NCBI GenBank assembly: GCA_026387805.1
Contig: JAPLKY010000206.1
Coordinates: 1-47,593 of the forward strand
From: Candidatus Krumholzibacteriia bacterium
Lineage (GTDB): Bacteria > Krumholzibacteriota > Krumholzibacteriia > Krumholzibacteriales > Krumholzibacteriaceae
Reading direction: 5' to 3'
DNA length: 47,593 nucleotides
Notes under the pieces: model-generated
What the model saw: only the letters and a program-made list of their open reading frames with translations
The model's database searches: none
What the model was told of the DNA's origin: nothing
Program-made: the position numbers and the translations under genes
Part shown: in pieces, positions 36,495 to 44,861 of the stretch
Position numbering within the stretch: the stretch's first letter is position 1
How the letters are laid out: every line of letters begins with the position of its first letter

Positions 36495-36545
36495 GGTTCA
36501 TAGCCTCGGCGTGGAGATCCGTTCTCCTCGGCGAGGCTATGAACC
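36495..36545. repeat. perfect 14-bp inverted repeat with a 23-nt spacer
   Basis: GGTTCATAGCCTCG (36495-36508) pairs with CGAGGCTATGAACC (36532-36545). It lies just downstream, on the minus strand, of the stop at 36569. It could be a terminator or an operator. Confidence 0.4.
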
Positions 36546-36568
36546 CGGAGAACTACCGTGAAAGCCTG

Positions 36569-36901
36569 CTAGTATCTGATGGTGATTTCCTTTCCCTTCA
36601 ACACCATAGGCCGCTTGAGGATAAGCTCGCTTGCGGAAAAGTAGTTCGTCGACCCCGGCTTGAAAATGAGCGTTGTTCCGCTCGCTGCTTTTAATATTGC
36701 TTCCTCTATGTTTTGGTAGGGATTGTCGGGGGTGCCATCGCCGCCATCGCTCGCACCAACGAACTTGACGCCAGTCTCGGGAGCAGCTCTAATGATGTTG
36801 TGCTGCCCTTGGTAGTTCAACGTTTTTGGAATACTCGCTGCCCAGCTGAAAGAACTCGCTGTTACCGTCAGCGCTACCATAATGAAGAGTATCCGCTTCA
36901 T
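36569..36901 (-). CDS. small secreted protein resembling only the N-terminal cap of beta-helix (pectin-lyase-fold) proteins; possibly a truncated gene
   Basis: The ATG at 36901 follows GAAGGAGGAGG. It has signal peptide MKRILFIMVALTVTASSFSWA. The segment GASDGGDGTPDNPYQNIEEAILKAASGTTLIFKPGS matches the usual start of such proteins, but the ORF ends after 110 aa. Confidence 0.5.
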   Translation of the reverse strand: MKRILFIMVALTVTASSFSWAASIPKTLNYQGQHNIIRAAPETGVKFVGASDGGDGTPDNPYQNIEEAILKAASGTTLIFKPGSTNYFSASELILKRPMVLKGKEITIRY

Positions 36902-36967
36902 GACCTCCTCCTTCTTTGGTCCATAGCAGCCAACTTCAATTTGATCAAACGCTTTCACCAAAGCTAG

Positions 36968-37505
36968 ACGCAGAAGAATCATCTTCCGATGACCGATAAA
37001 CTTGCCCGCGCGCATTTCACAGAAATAGATCCCCCGAGGAAACACTGACTCCGTGCGAATCCCTGCCGTCCCCCTGAACGCTTCTCTCTCCAGCTTCTTC
37101 TGCGGAATCCCGCAGGAGCTTTGCCCGCTGGCCGGCGACATTGAAGATCGCAATGACGACCCTGGATCGTTCCGCAAGGCTATATTGAATTTTCGTGCTG
37201 GGATTAAATGGATTCGGGAAATTCTACCGAAGGCAGAACACCCTCGGCGCAGTAAGCTCCACATCGGTTGTTGCCGTCTGCAGCCGAGGATTCCAGAATC
37301 CTGCAAATTGGATCGATCGGGATCCCGTGCTTGTGCTGGCGATTGCTTGCCCGAGCGACCCATAGAGCCTGATATCCCCACCCGCTGCGGGGCAATTACC
37401 CTCTCCATTCAGGCCGCAACTTCCTATCCTTTCTTCGGCCGCGAAAGCTGAGCTGGCAAAGATAGCAAGGCCGAGAAGACCGACAATTCTTCTCAGATCT
37501 AACAT
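36968..37505 (-). pseudogene. decayed small T9SS-cargo gene (in-frame stop + homopolymer frameshift + lost stop)
   Basis: AAGGAGG precedes the ATG at 37505, which opens a signal peptide MLDLRRIVGLLGLAIFASSAFA and a ...LYGSLGQAIASTSTGSRSIQFAGFW segment. An in-frame TAG follows at 37224-37226. The same frame then continues NFPNPFNPSTKIQYSLAERSRVVIAIFNVAGQRAKLL...DGRDSHGVSVSSG. The last part of the CTD (IYFCEMRAGKFIGHRKMILLR) is in another frame after a C5/G5 run at 37031-37035. No stop follows LLR. Confidence 0.6.
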
Positions 37506-37799
37506 GCTGCACACCTCCTTCTTATCTTTATGCCCGACTGACATTCTCTTTTCAGCGAACCTCCTCTACTCGCATAGGTTCAACGTACTGGCATTCAATG
37601 AGAATGTGACTTTCTTCGCTCAGTAACGGTTATTGCCTTGCCATTTCGGAGCCGCACAAAGAACCACCACCTCTTGATATCTGATTCGATGAGCTCCCCA
37701 GAGAGAGACCCAGGACAACTTAACCTGAGCTTCAATGGAAATGCGGGATTTCAAAGCGACCGCAAATGTGGGGGCTAAAAGTACTGCCCCAAGCGGCTC

Positions 37800-38927
37800 C
37801 TATGACGCCCTCTTGTGGAACCGCAAGGTCGCAAACCCGAACACGCAGACGCCGATGATGAGCAGCGCTCGCAGCTCCGGCCAGAGGACGCCGAGCCCTC
37901 CCCCTTTGAGGAAGATCTCGCGGTTGATCGCGATGAAGTAGCGCAGCGGATTGATGACCGTGATCATCTGCACGGCGCGGGGCATGTTCTCGATCGGATA
38001 GAAGAGGCCGCTGAGCAGGATGAATATCTGAAGGAAGAACCACGTGATGAAAAGCGCCTGCTGCTGCGTGCCGGCCAGGGTCGAGATGAGGACGCCGAGG
38101 CCGAGGGTGGCAAGGATGAAGGTGAATGCGAGGAGCGCGAGAAGGGCGACGTTACCGACGATCGGAATGTGGAACCAGAGAACGCCCACCGTCGTCGCGA
38201 GCGCCATCTCGGCGATGCCGAGCATGGCGAAGGGGATCGTCTTTCCGGCGATGATCTGCCAGGGCTTGAGCGGCGTCACGAGGAGCTGCTCGAGAGTCCC
38301 CGATTCCCGCTCCTTGACGATGGCGAGTCCCGTGAGCAGCATCGTGATGATCGTGAGAAGTATCGCGATGATTCCCGGGATCATGAAATAGACGCTCTTG
38401 AGCTCGGGGTTGTACCAGATGCGCGTCTCCGGCTCGATGAAGCGCATGGCGCGGGAGATCGAAGGCGAGCGGGCGAACCCTTCGGTCGCCCGATCGCTCG
38501 CGAACCGGTAGAGTATCCTGCTGCAGTAGCCGAGCGCGATCCCGGCCGTGTTCGAATTCTGCCCGTCGAGAAGGATCTCCACCTCGGTCGGCTTTCCTGT
38601 CTCCAGGCTCCGCCCGAAGTGCTTCGGAATGACGACCGCGAGCACCGCCTCGCCGCGTCGCAGGTACCCCTCGATTCCCTTTCCCGGGTCGGCTATCCGC
38701 TTCACGACGAAGTGCTCGTTGTGCGCGAAGCGATCGACGAGCCCGCGGCTCGCGCTCGTCGCGTCGCGGTCGATCATGAGCAGCGCCACGTTCTTGACGT
38801 CGAAGGTCACCGCGTATCCGAGGATGAAGAGCTGCAAGATCGGCATGAGAAAAACGATGCGCAGCATCATCGGGTCCCGGAAGACCTGCCGGAGCTCCTT
38901 GCGCACGAGATGGAGAACGCCTTTCAA
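37800..38927 (-). CDS. ABC-2 type transporter permease (YbhR/YbhS-like)
   Basis: 375 aa with an N-terminal KELRQVFRDPMML, a large periplasmic loop and then 5 TM segments. Its TTG start overlaps the upstream stop (38924-38927). Confidence 0.8.
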   Translation of the reverse strand: MKGVLHLVRKELRQVFRDPMMLRIVFLMPILQLFILGYAVTFDVKNVALLMIDRDATSASRGLVDRFAHNEHFVVKRIADPGKGIEGYLRRGEAVLAVVIPKHFGRSLETGKPTEVEILLDGQNSNTAGIALGYCSRILYRFASDRATEGFARSPSISRAMRFIEPETRIWYNPELKSVYFMIPGIIAILLTIITMLLTGLAIVKERESGTLEQLLVTPLKPWQIIAGKTIPFAMLGIAEMALATTVGVLWFHIPIVGNVALLALLAFTFILATLGLGVLISTLAGTQQQALFITWFFLQIFILLSGLFYPIENMPRAVQMITVINPLRYFIAINREIFLKGGGLGVLWPELRALLIIGVCVFGFATLRFHKRAS

Positions 38928-40087
38928 GCGCGCCCCCCCTTCGCGCCGAGCTTCAGGCTGAACCGCTTCACCGCGAGAATCATGAGAATGAGGCCGATGC
39001 CGACGAGCGCCGCGCCGTGCATCCAGAGATCCGGGAGCGTGCTCCCCTTGAGCATCACCCCTCTGATGATGACGAGGAAATGCGTCGCGGGAAGAACGAG
39101 CGACACGAGCTGGAGCACGCGTGGAATGCTCGCTATCGGGAAGATGAATCCCGAGAGCATGATCGTCGGAAGGAGCGTGAGCATCAGGGAGAGCATCATG
39201 GCGACCTGCTGCGTCGAGACGAGCGTCGATATGAGGATGCCGAGCGCGAGCGCGGTGAATAGGTAAAGAAGACAGTAGAGCATCAGGGCGGCTGCCGAGC
39301 CCGTGAAGGGCACCTTGAACCAGAAGTGCCCTACCGCCACGATCATCATCGCGATCGAGAACGCGAGCACGAGATACGGGAGCGTCTTCCCCGCGATCAC
39401 CTCGAACGGACGAATCGGGCTCACGAGGATCTGCTCCATCGTCCCCGTTTCTTTTTCGCGCGCGATCGTGACGGACGTCAGCAGCGCCCCGAGCATCATC
39501 ATGACGATCGCGACGAGCCCCGGCACGATGAAGTTGGTCGAATCGAGCGTGCGGTTGTAGAACACGACCGGCCTCGCCGCGATGAGCGGCGCGGCGCCGG
39601 CGCCCTGCGCGCCCGCGGCGGCCCGGCCCTCTCCCGCGCCCCCGGCCCCGGCCGAATGCGTCGCGATGAACGCCTCGAGATAGTTCTGCACGATCGAGGC
39701 GCTGTTCGCGTCGCTTCCGTCGATGACGATTCCCACCGTGGCGCGACGCTCGCGCTCGAGCTCTCTCGCGAAGTCCCGGGGAATGATCACCCCCGCGCGG
39801 ATCACGCGCCGCTCGAACAGGCGCTCCGTTTCCTCAGGATTCTCGCAGCGGGCGACGACGGAGAAGTAGCTCGACGCGTCGATCGCCGCGACGAGCTCCC
39901 GACTCTGGGGCGTGCGGCTCAGGTCGCAGACGCCGAGGCGGACGTCTTTCAGATCGAGATCGATCGCGTAGCCGAAGAGGAACATCATCACGTTCGGCAG
40001 CATGAAGATGATCCAGAGCGATCGCGGGTCGCGGAGGATGTGCTTGAACTCTTTCCGCGCGAGCGGCGGTATCCGTGAACCCATCAT
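38924..40087 (-). CDS. ABC-2 type transporter permease (YbhS/YbhR-like)
   Basis: The ATG at 40087 (MMGSRIPPLARKEFKHILRDPRSLW) overlaps the ATPase stop (ATGA at 40084-40087). The track ORF extending to 40939 is a GC-rich read-through artefact. Confidence 0.8.
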   Translation of the reverse strand: MMGSRIPPLARKEFKHILRDPRSLWIIFMLPNVMMFLFGYAIDLDLKDVRLGVCDLSRTPQSRELVAAIDASSYFSVVARCENPEETERLFERRVIRAGVIIPRDFARELERERRATVGIVIDGSDANSASIVQNYLEAFIATHSAGAGGAGEGRAAAGAQGAGAAPLIAARPVVFYNRTLDSTNFIVPGLVAIVMMMLGALLTSVTIAREKETGTMEQILVSPIRPFEVIAGKTLPYLVLAFSIAMMIVAVGHFWFKVPFTGSAAALMLYCLLYLFTALALGILISTLVSTQQVAMMLSLMLTLLPTIMLSGFIFPIASIPRVLQLVSLVLPATHFLVIIRGVMLKGSTLPDLWMHGAALVGIGLILMILAVKRFSLKLGAKGGRA

Positions 40088-40818
40088 GCGCCCCTCACGA
40101 GCTGAATGAACACGTCCTCGATCGAATGCGCGCCGTGGCGCGCCTTGAGCTCGGCCGGCGAGCCGAGGCTCACGATCTTCGCCGCATGCATGACGCAGAG
40201 CCGGTTGCAGTACTCCGCCTCGTCCATGTAGTGCGTCGTCACGATGATCGTCACGCCATCCGCAGCGAGAGCGTTGATGAGCTCCCAGAATCGGCGGCGC
40301 GCGATCGGATCGACCCCCGAGGTCGGCTCGTCGAGAAAGACGATCGCCGGCTTGTGCAGGATCGCGGCGCCGAGCGCGAGCCTCTGCTTGAAGCCAAGGG
40401 GGAGCGCCGCGGTGCGCCGGTCGAGCCATTCCCCGAGACCCAACGCCTCGTCCAGCTCGGCCGTCCGCTCCTCGACCCGGGCGCGGCCCAGGCCGTAGAC
40501 GCCTCCGAAGAACTGCAGGTTCTCCTTCACGGTGAGGTCGTTGTAGAGGGAGAATCGCTGGGACATGTAGCCGATGCTCTTCTTGATCATCTCGAACTGC
40601 GCGTTTATGTCCCAGCCGCCGACCGTGCCGCCGCCGGAAGTAGGGCGGAGCAGCCCCGTGAGCATCCGGATCGTCGTCGTCTTCCCCGCGCCGTTCGCGC
40701 CGAGGAGGCCGAAGATCTCCCCCGCGCGGACCTCGAAGGAGACGCGATCGACCGCGACGAAATCGCCGAAGCTTTTCGCGAGATTCTTCACGACGACGGA
40801 GCGCTCGTTCATGCTCAC
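40084..40818 (-). CDS. ABC transporter ATP-binding protein
   Basis: It has Walker A GANGAGKTTT, a degenerate signature region LPLGFKQRLAL and Walker B IVFLDEPTSGVD. The start is GTG 40818 (overlapping the upstream stop) or ATG 40812. Confidence 0.85.
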   Translation of the reverse strand: MSMNERSVVVKNLAKSFGDFVAVDRVSFEVRAGEIFGLLGANGAGKTTTIRMLTGLLRPTSGGGTVGGWDINAQFEMIKKSIGYMSQRFSLYNDLTVKENLQFFGGVYGLGRARVEERTAELDEALGLGEWLDRRTAALPLGFKQRLALGAAILHKPAIVFLDEPTSGVDPIARRRFWELINALAADGVTIIVTTHYMDEAEYCNRLCVMHAAKIVSLGSPAELKARHGAHSIEDVFIQLVRGA

Positions 40819-41735
40819 TCCCGCATGAGAGAGACGAACGTATCTTCGACGCCGGGGGGTATCTCCCGGCTATGCGACACGACGCCGCCCTGCCGCATCG
40901 TTTCGAGAAGGGCGCCGACCTCCTCCCGGCTACGCCCAAGCGCGAGCACCTGGACGGCGTCGCCGAGGATTCTCACGAGCTCGGGCTCAACCGCGTTCTT
41001 GAGCCGCGTCGATATAGCCTGGAGATTCGGCCCCTCGACCGAGAACACCGTTCCGCGGAAGAGCGCCGTGATCTCGCCGACGGTTCCCGAGGCGAGAATC
41101 CTGCCCTTGTGAATGAACACCATGTGCCGGCAGAGCGAGGCTTCGTTCATATACGGCGTCGAGACGACGACCGTCACGCCCTGCGCGCGCAGCCTTTCGA
41201 GCATATCCCAGAAATCGCGGCGCGACACGGGGTCCACTCCCGTCGTCGGCTCGTCGAGGACGAGAACCCGAGGTGTATGGACGAGCGCGCACGAGAGGGC
41301 GAGCTTCTGCTTCATCCCGCCGGAGAGCGCCCCCGCGCGCCGCTTCACGAAGGGACCGAGGCGGCTGAAGTCGAGGAGCTCCTCGGTTCTCGCGACGCGC
41401 GCCTCCTTCGCGACTCCGAAGAGATCGGCGAAGAATCTGATGTTCTCGGCGACGGTGAGGTCCGAATAGAGGGAGAAATGCTGCGGCATATAGCCGATTG
41501 CTTCCCGCACGCGCGCGGCCCCGGAGCGCACCGGGAAGCCGAGCACCCACGCCTCTCCCTCATCGGCATCGATGAGGGACGTGAGGATGCGCATGAGCGT
41601 CGTTTTGCCCGCGCCGTCGGGCCCGATGAGCCCGAACATCTCGCCGCGCTCGACGGCGAAGCTCACCGATGAGAGCGCGACCGCGGCGCCGTGGCTTTTC
41701 GAGATGCCTTCGACCCGGATGGCGGGGTCGTTCAT
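40815..41735 (-). CDS. ABC transporter ATP-binding protein
   Basis: The ATG at 41735 (MNDPAIRVEGISKSH) overlaps the HlyD stop (ATGA). It has Walker A GPDGAGKTTL, signature LSGGMKQKLAL and Walker B VLVLDEPTTGVD. The track start at 41879 is an artefact. Confidence 0.85.
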   Translation of the reverse strand: MNDPAIRVEGISKSHGAAVALSSVSFAVERGEMFGLIGPDGAGKTTLMRILTSLIDADEGEAWVLGFPVRSGAARVREAIGYMPQHFSLYSDLTVAENIRFFADLFGVAKEARVARTEELLDFSRLGPFVKRRAGALSGGMKQKLALSCALVHTPRVLVLDEPTTGVDPVSRRDFWDMLERLRAQGVTVVVSTPYMNEASLCRHMVFIHKGRILASGTVGEITALFRGTVFSVEGPNLQAISTRLKNAVEPELVRILGDAVQVLALGRSREEVGALLETMRQGGVVSHSREIPPGVEDTFVSLMRE

Positions 41736-42649
41736 TTGAGGTGCACCTCGGCGGGCATGCCGATCTTGAGCACGCCGGGGGGATTCTCGATCGAGACCTT
41801 GACCGCGTAGACGAGCTCCGCGCGCGCGTCCTTCGTCTCGACGTTCTTCGGCGTGAACTCCGCTTCGGGGGAAACCCACGAGACCTCCCCGGCGAGCGGC
41901 TCCGGATGAGCGTCGACGCGCACCTCCGCGGCGCTCCCGACGGCGAAGAGCCCGAGGTCCCTTTCAGACACGTATACCTTGATCCAGAACCTCTTCGTGT
42001 CGGCGATCTTGAAGACGGCGCTCCCCGTCGCCACGACTTCCCCGGACTCGACGTACTTCTCCGTGACGACGCCCGCGAGCGGAGCGATCACGGCGCCGTC
42101 TCGGATCTGTCTGTCGAGGAGCGCGATCGAAGCGCGGACCGTCTCCTCGCGGGCGTCGAGCGTCGCGCCCTGCGCCTTTGCCGATTCGAGCTGGCTCTGC
42201 GCCACGCGGTATTTTGTGTTGGCGTCGTCGTATTGCTGCTGCGTGGCCGTGCCCTGTTCGAAGAGCGCCGAGATGCGCCGGTAGCTCTTCTCGATATTCT
42301 CGAGATTGTCGGCGGCCTGCCTCACCGTTTCGGCGACGGGCTTCCGGTTCGCCCGTATCTCCTCGACGCTCGCGAGGAGCTGCCGGCGCTGGAGCATGAG
42401 CTTCTCGACGTCGATCAGCGCGAGCGTATCGCCGGCCGCGACGGCGTCCCCTTCGTCCTTCGCGAGCCGGAGAATCTGCCCGGCCGTCTGCGCCGCGACC
42501 GTGACCTCGGTCGCCTCGAGCGTCCCGGACCCCGCGAATCCCTGCTGTTTCTTCCCGCCGCAGCCGGAGAGGCCCCCGAACAGAAGAGCCCCGCATGCCG
42601 CAACCAGAAGCCCGGCCGCGATTCGCCGGCCAATGCCCGTGAGATTCAT
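41732..42649 (-). CDS. HlyD-family periplasmic adaptor (membrane fusion) lipoprotein
   Basis: AAGGAG precedes the ATG and the lipobox is GGLSGC. It has a coiled-coil middle (QRRQLLASVEEIRANRK...QSQLESAKAQ) and a beta-barrel C-terminus typical of YbhG-like adaptors. Confidence 0.8.
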   Translation of the reverse strand: MNLTGIGRRIAAGLLVAACGALLFGGLSGCGGKKQQGFAGSGTLEATEVTVAAQTAGQILRLAKDEGDAVAAGDTLALIDVEKLMLQRRQLLASVEEIRANRKPVAETVRQAADNLENIEKSYRRISALFEQGTATQQQYDDANTKYRVAQSQLESAKAQGATLDAREETVRASIALLDRQIRDGAVIAPLAGVVTEKYVESGEVVATGSAVFKIADTKRFWIKVYVSERDLGLFAVGSAAEVRVDAHPEPLAGEVSWVSPEAEFTPKNVETKDARAELVYAVKVSIENPPGVLKIGMPAEVHLK

Positions 42650-42855
42650 CCGTTCCGCTCCTTGTCATATTCCATATTTCGTACCCTGCGCTCGGGCCTC
42701 GATCTGAAGCTCCGAGGTTCTCGCCTCCTGCCTCATGCGCGAATAATAGCGCACTCCCCGCGCCGCAAGAAAGCGATTATCTTGCCCTCGCCGCGGTCAT
42801 CCCCGATGTTCGAGTGCTTTGCCGCGGCGCTTGCCTGTGCTAGAATCGAGGGCGT

Positions 42856-44574
42856 ATGAAGAACAGGGAAATCGCCGACCTCTTCAACGAAATCGCCGAC
42901 ATTCTCGAGCTTCGCGCCGAGAACGTCTTCCGCGTGAACGCATACCGCCGCGGCGCGCAGAATATCGAGGGCCTCTCGCGCCCGATCGAGGATAGTGCCG
43001 CCGAGGGCACGCTCCTCGATCTTCCCGGCATCGGCAAGGACCTCGCGGCGAAGATTGGTGAGTATCTCGAGTCCGGCGAGATCGACTATCTGAACGAGCT
43101 TCGCAAGGAAATGCCTCAGGTGCTCCTCGATATGCTGCGTATTCCCGGCATCGGGCCGAAGACCGCCGTGCGCCTGCAGGCCGAGCTCGGGATCAACTCG
43201 CTCGAAGAGCTCAAGCATGCCGCTCTCGAGCATCGCATCCGGGAACTCCCGAAGATGAAGGCGAAAACCGAGGAGAATATCCTCAAGGGCCTCGAGTTCC
43301 TGAGCCGCGCGAGCGCACGCACGCCGATAGGCGTCGCGCTCCCTCTCGCCGAGCGGATCGTCGACGCCCTCGCCGAGCTCCCCGAAGTGCAAAAGATCTC
43401 CATCGCCGGAAGCCTCCGCCGCTTTCGCGAGACCGTCGGCGATATCGATATCCTCGTAACGTCCCGCTCTCCCGAAAAGGTCATCGCGCACTTCACGCAT
43501 CTCGACGACGTCGCCCGCATCCTCGCGGAAGGCTCCACAAAGGGCAGCATCGTCACAAAGGACAAGATTCAGGCCGATCTCCGCGTCGTCGAAGCGGCAT
43601 CATACGGCTCGGCGCTCAACTATTTCACGGGCTCAAAGGAGCACAACATCAGGCTCCGCGAGATCGCCATTCAAAATGGTATGAAGCTGAGCGAATACGG
43701 CGTTTATAAGAAAGAGCTTCGCGTTGCGGGAAAAACCGAGGAGGACGTATATCGAGCGCTCGGTCTCCCCTATATCCCGCCGGAGATTCGCGAGGACTCG
43801 GGAGAGATCGAGGCGGCCCGCGCGGGAACGCTCCCCGATCTCGTCGAGATAGAAGATATCAGGGGCGATCTCCACTGCCATTCGAGCTACAGCGACGGCG
43901 CCGCGACGCTCGAGGAGATCGCCGCCGCGGGAAGAAAGAAAGGTTACTCATATATTCTCGTCACCGATCATTCGCGAAGTCTCCATATCGCGAATGGACT
44001 CTCCCCGGAGCGCCTCCGAAAGCAGCTCGCCGAGATCGATTCGATCAACGCGAGGCTCAGGGGCTTCAAGCTCCTCAAGGGAAGCGAGGTCGATATCCTC
44101 CCCGACGGCTCGCTCGATATGGACGAAGCTCTGCTCGCGCGCCTCGATATCGTCTACGTCGCGATTCATTCGAAATTCAAGATGGGGAGCGACGCCATGA
44201 CGAAGCGCGTCGTTCGCGCGATGGAGAATCCATACGCGAGCGTTCTCGCCCATCCGACGGGGCGTCTCATCGGCATGCGCGACGCATTCGAGATCGACAT
44301 GCAGGAGGTCATCCGCGCCGCTGCGAGAACGGGCACGGCGATCGAGATCAACGCTCATCCCGCGCGCCTCGATCTCGATGCGGCGAACTGCCGGGCGGCC
44401 GCCGCGGCGGGCGTCATGATCGGCATCGGGACCGACACCCACGTTCTCTCCGAGCTCGACTACATGCTCTACGGCATCGGCACGGCCCGACGCGGCTGGC
44501 TCACAAAGGCAAATATCCTCAACACAAGGTCCGCCCGAGAGCTCCTCTCCATTTTACGGATGAAGCGCCGATGA
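42856..44574 (+). CDS. polX: family X DNA polymerase with a C-terminal PHP phosphoesterase domain
   Basis: The N-terminus reads NREIADLFNEIADILELRAENVFRVNAYRRGA. It has HhH motifs (LPGIGKDLAAKI, IPGIGPKTAV) and a nucleotidyltransferase motif GSLRRFRETVGDIDILV. PHP motifs are DLHCHSSYSDG and ...TDTH. Confidence 0.9.
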   Translation: MKNREIADLFNEIADILELRAENVFRVNAYRRGAQNIEGLSRPIEDSAAEGTLLDLPGIGKDLAAKIGEYLESGEIDYLNELRKEMPQVLLDMLRIPGIGPKTAVRLQAELGINSLEELKHAALEHRIRELPKMKAKTEENILKGLEFLSRASARTPIGVALPLAERIVDALAELPEVQKISIAGSLRRFRETVGDIDILVTSRSPEKVIAHFTHLDDVARILAEGSTKGSIVTKDKIQADLRVVEAASYGSALNYFTGSKEHNIRLREIAIQNGMKLSEYGVYKKELRVAGKTEEDVYRALGLPYIPPEIREDSGEIEAARAGTLPDLVEIEDIRGDLHCHSSYSDGAATLEEIAAAGRKKGYSYILVTDHSRSLHIANGLSPERLRKQLAEIDSINARLRGFKLLKGSEVDILPDGSLDMDEALLARLDIVYVAIHSKFKMGSDAMTKRVVRAMENPYASVLAHPTGRLIGMRDAFEIDMQEVIRAAARTGTAIEINAHPARLDLDAANCRAAAAAGVMIGIGTDTHVLSELDYMLYGIGTARRGWLTKANILNTRSARELLSILRMKRR

Positions 44575-44776
44575 GGATGCTCCTCCATCGCTCCGCGAGC
44601 TGTCATTTCGCCACACATTTTCGGCCATATGCGCACTGCCATATTGGCATATTTTCCGCCGTTCTCTGGCTCCGGTGGCGCATTCTGTCAGCAACTCTGG
44701 TCTTCCGTGTCGACCGCGTTTTTCCACAATACCTATAAGTAATTATATATGAATGTGTTGGCGGCGCGCTTGGTCT

Positions 44777-44791
44777 TGGCACGGCTCCTGC
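44777..44791 (+). promoter_or_regulatory. sigma-54-type (-24/-12) promoter candidate upstream of hsp20
   Basis: TGGCACGGCTCCTGC has the correct GG-N10-GC spacing and one mismatch to TGGCACG-N4-TTGC. It lies ~70 nt upstream of the ATG at 44862. An unusual AT-rich patch with an IHF-like TATGAATGTGTTG sits at 44748-44760. Confidence 0.3.
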
Positions 44792-44861
44792 GATAGCGAT
44801 TGCACAGAAACGGAGTCAGCGAGAAAAGGTCGTGAAACAGTCCAAACGGGAGGTGTCCGAA

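Larger units (their letters stand above)
12650..37780. other. low-GC compositional block (putative acquired accessory island); boundaries approximate
   Basis: Hand counts of 60-nt lines give 39/60 (12001-) and 54/60 (39601-) in the flanks, against 30/60 (13381-), 22/60 (24661-) and 31/60 (31021-) inside. Antisense shadow ORFs, which are dense in the flanks, are nearly absent inside the block. Confidence 0.6.

Noticed and set aside
37224-37226. In-frame TAG inside the T9SS-cargo gene as programmed recoding (pyrrolysine or read-through).
   Set aside because: The same gene also has a frameshift and a lost stop, TAG is used as a normal stop elsewhere in the window (e.g. 13351, 18894, 35824), and no pyl genes are seen. 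Decay is the simpler explanation.
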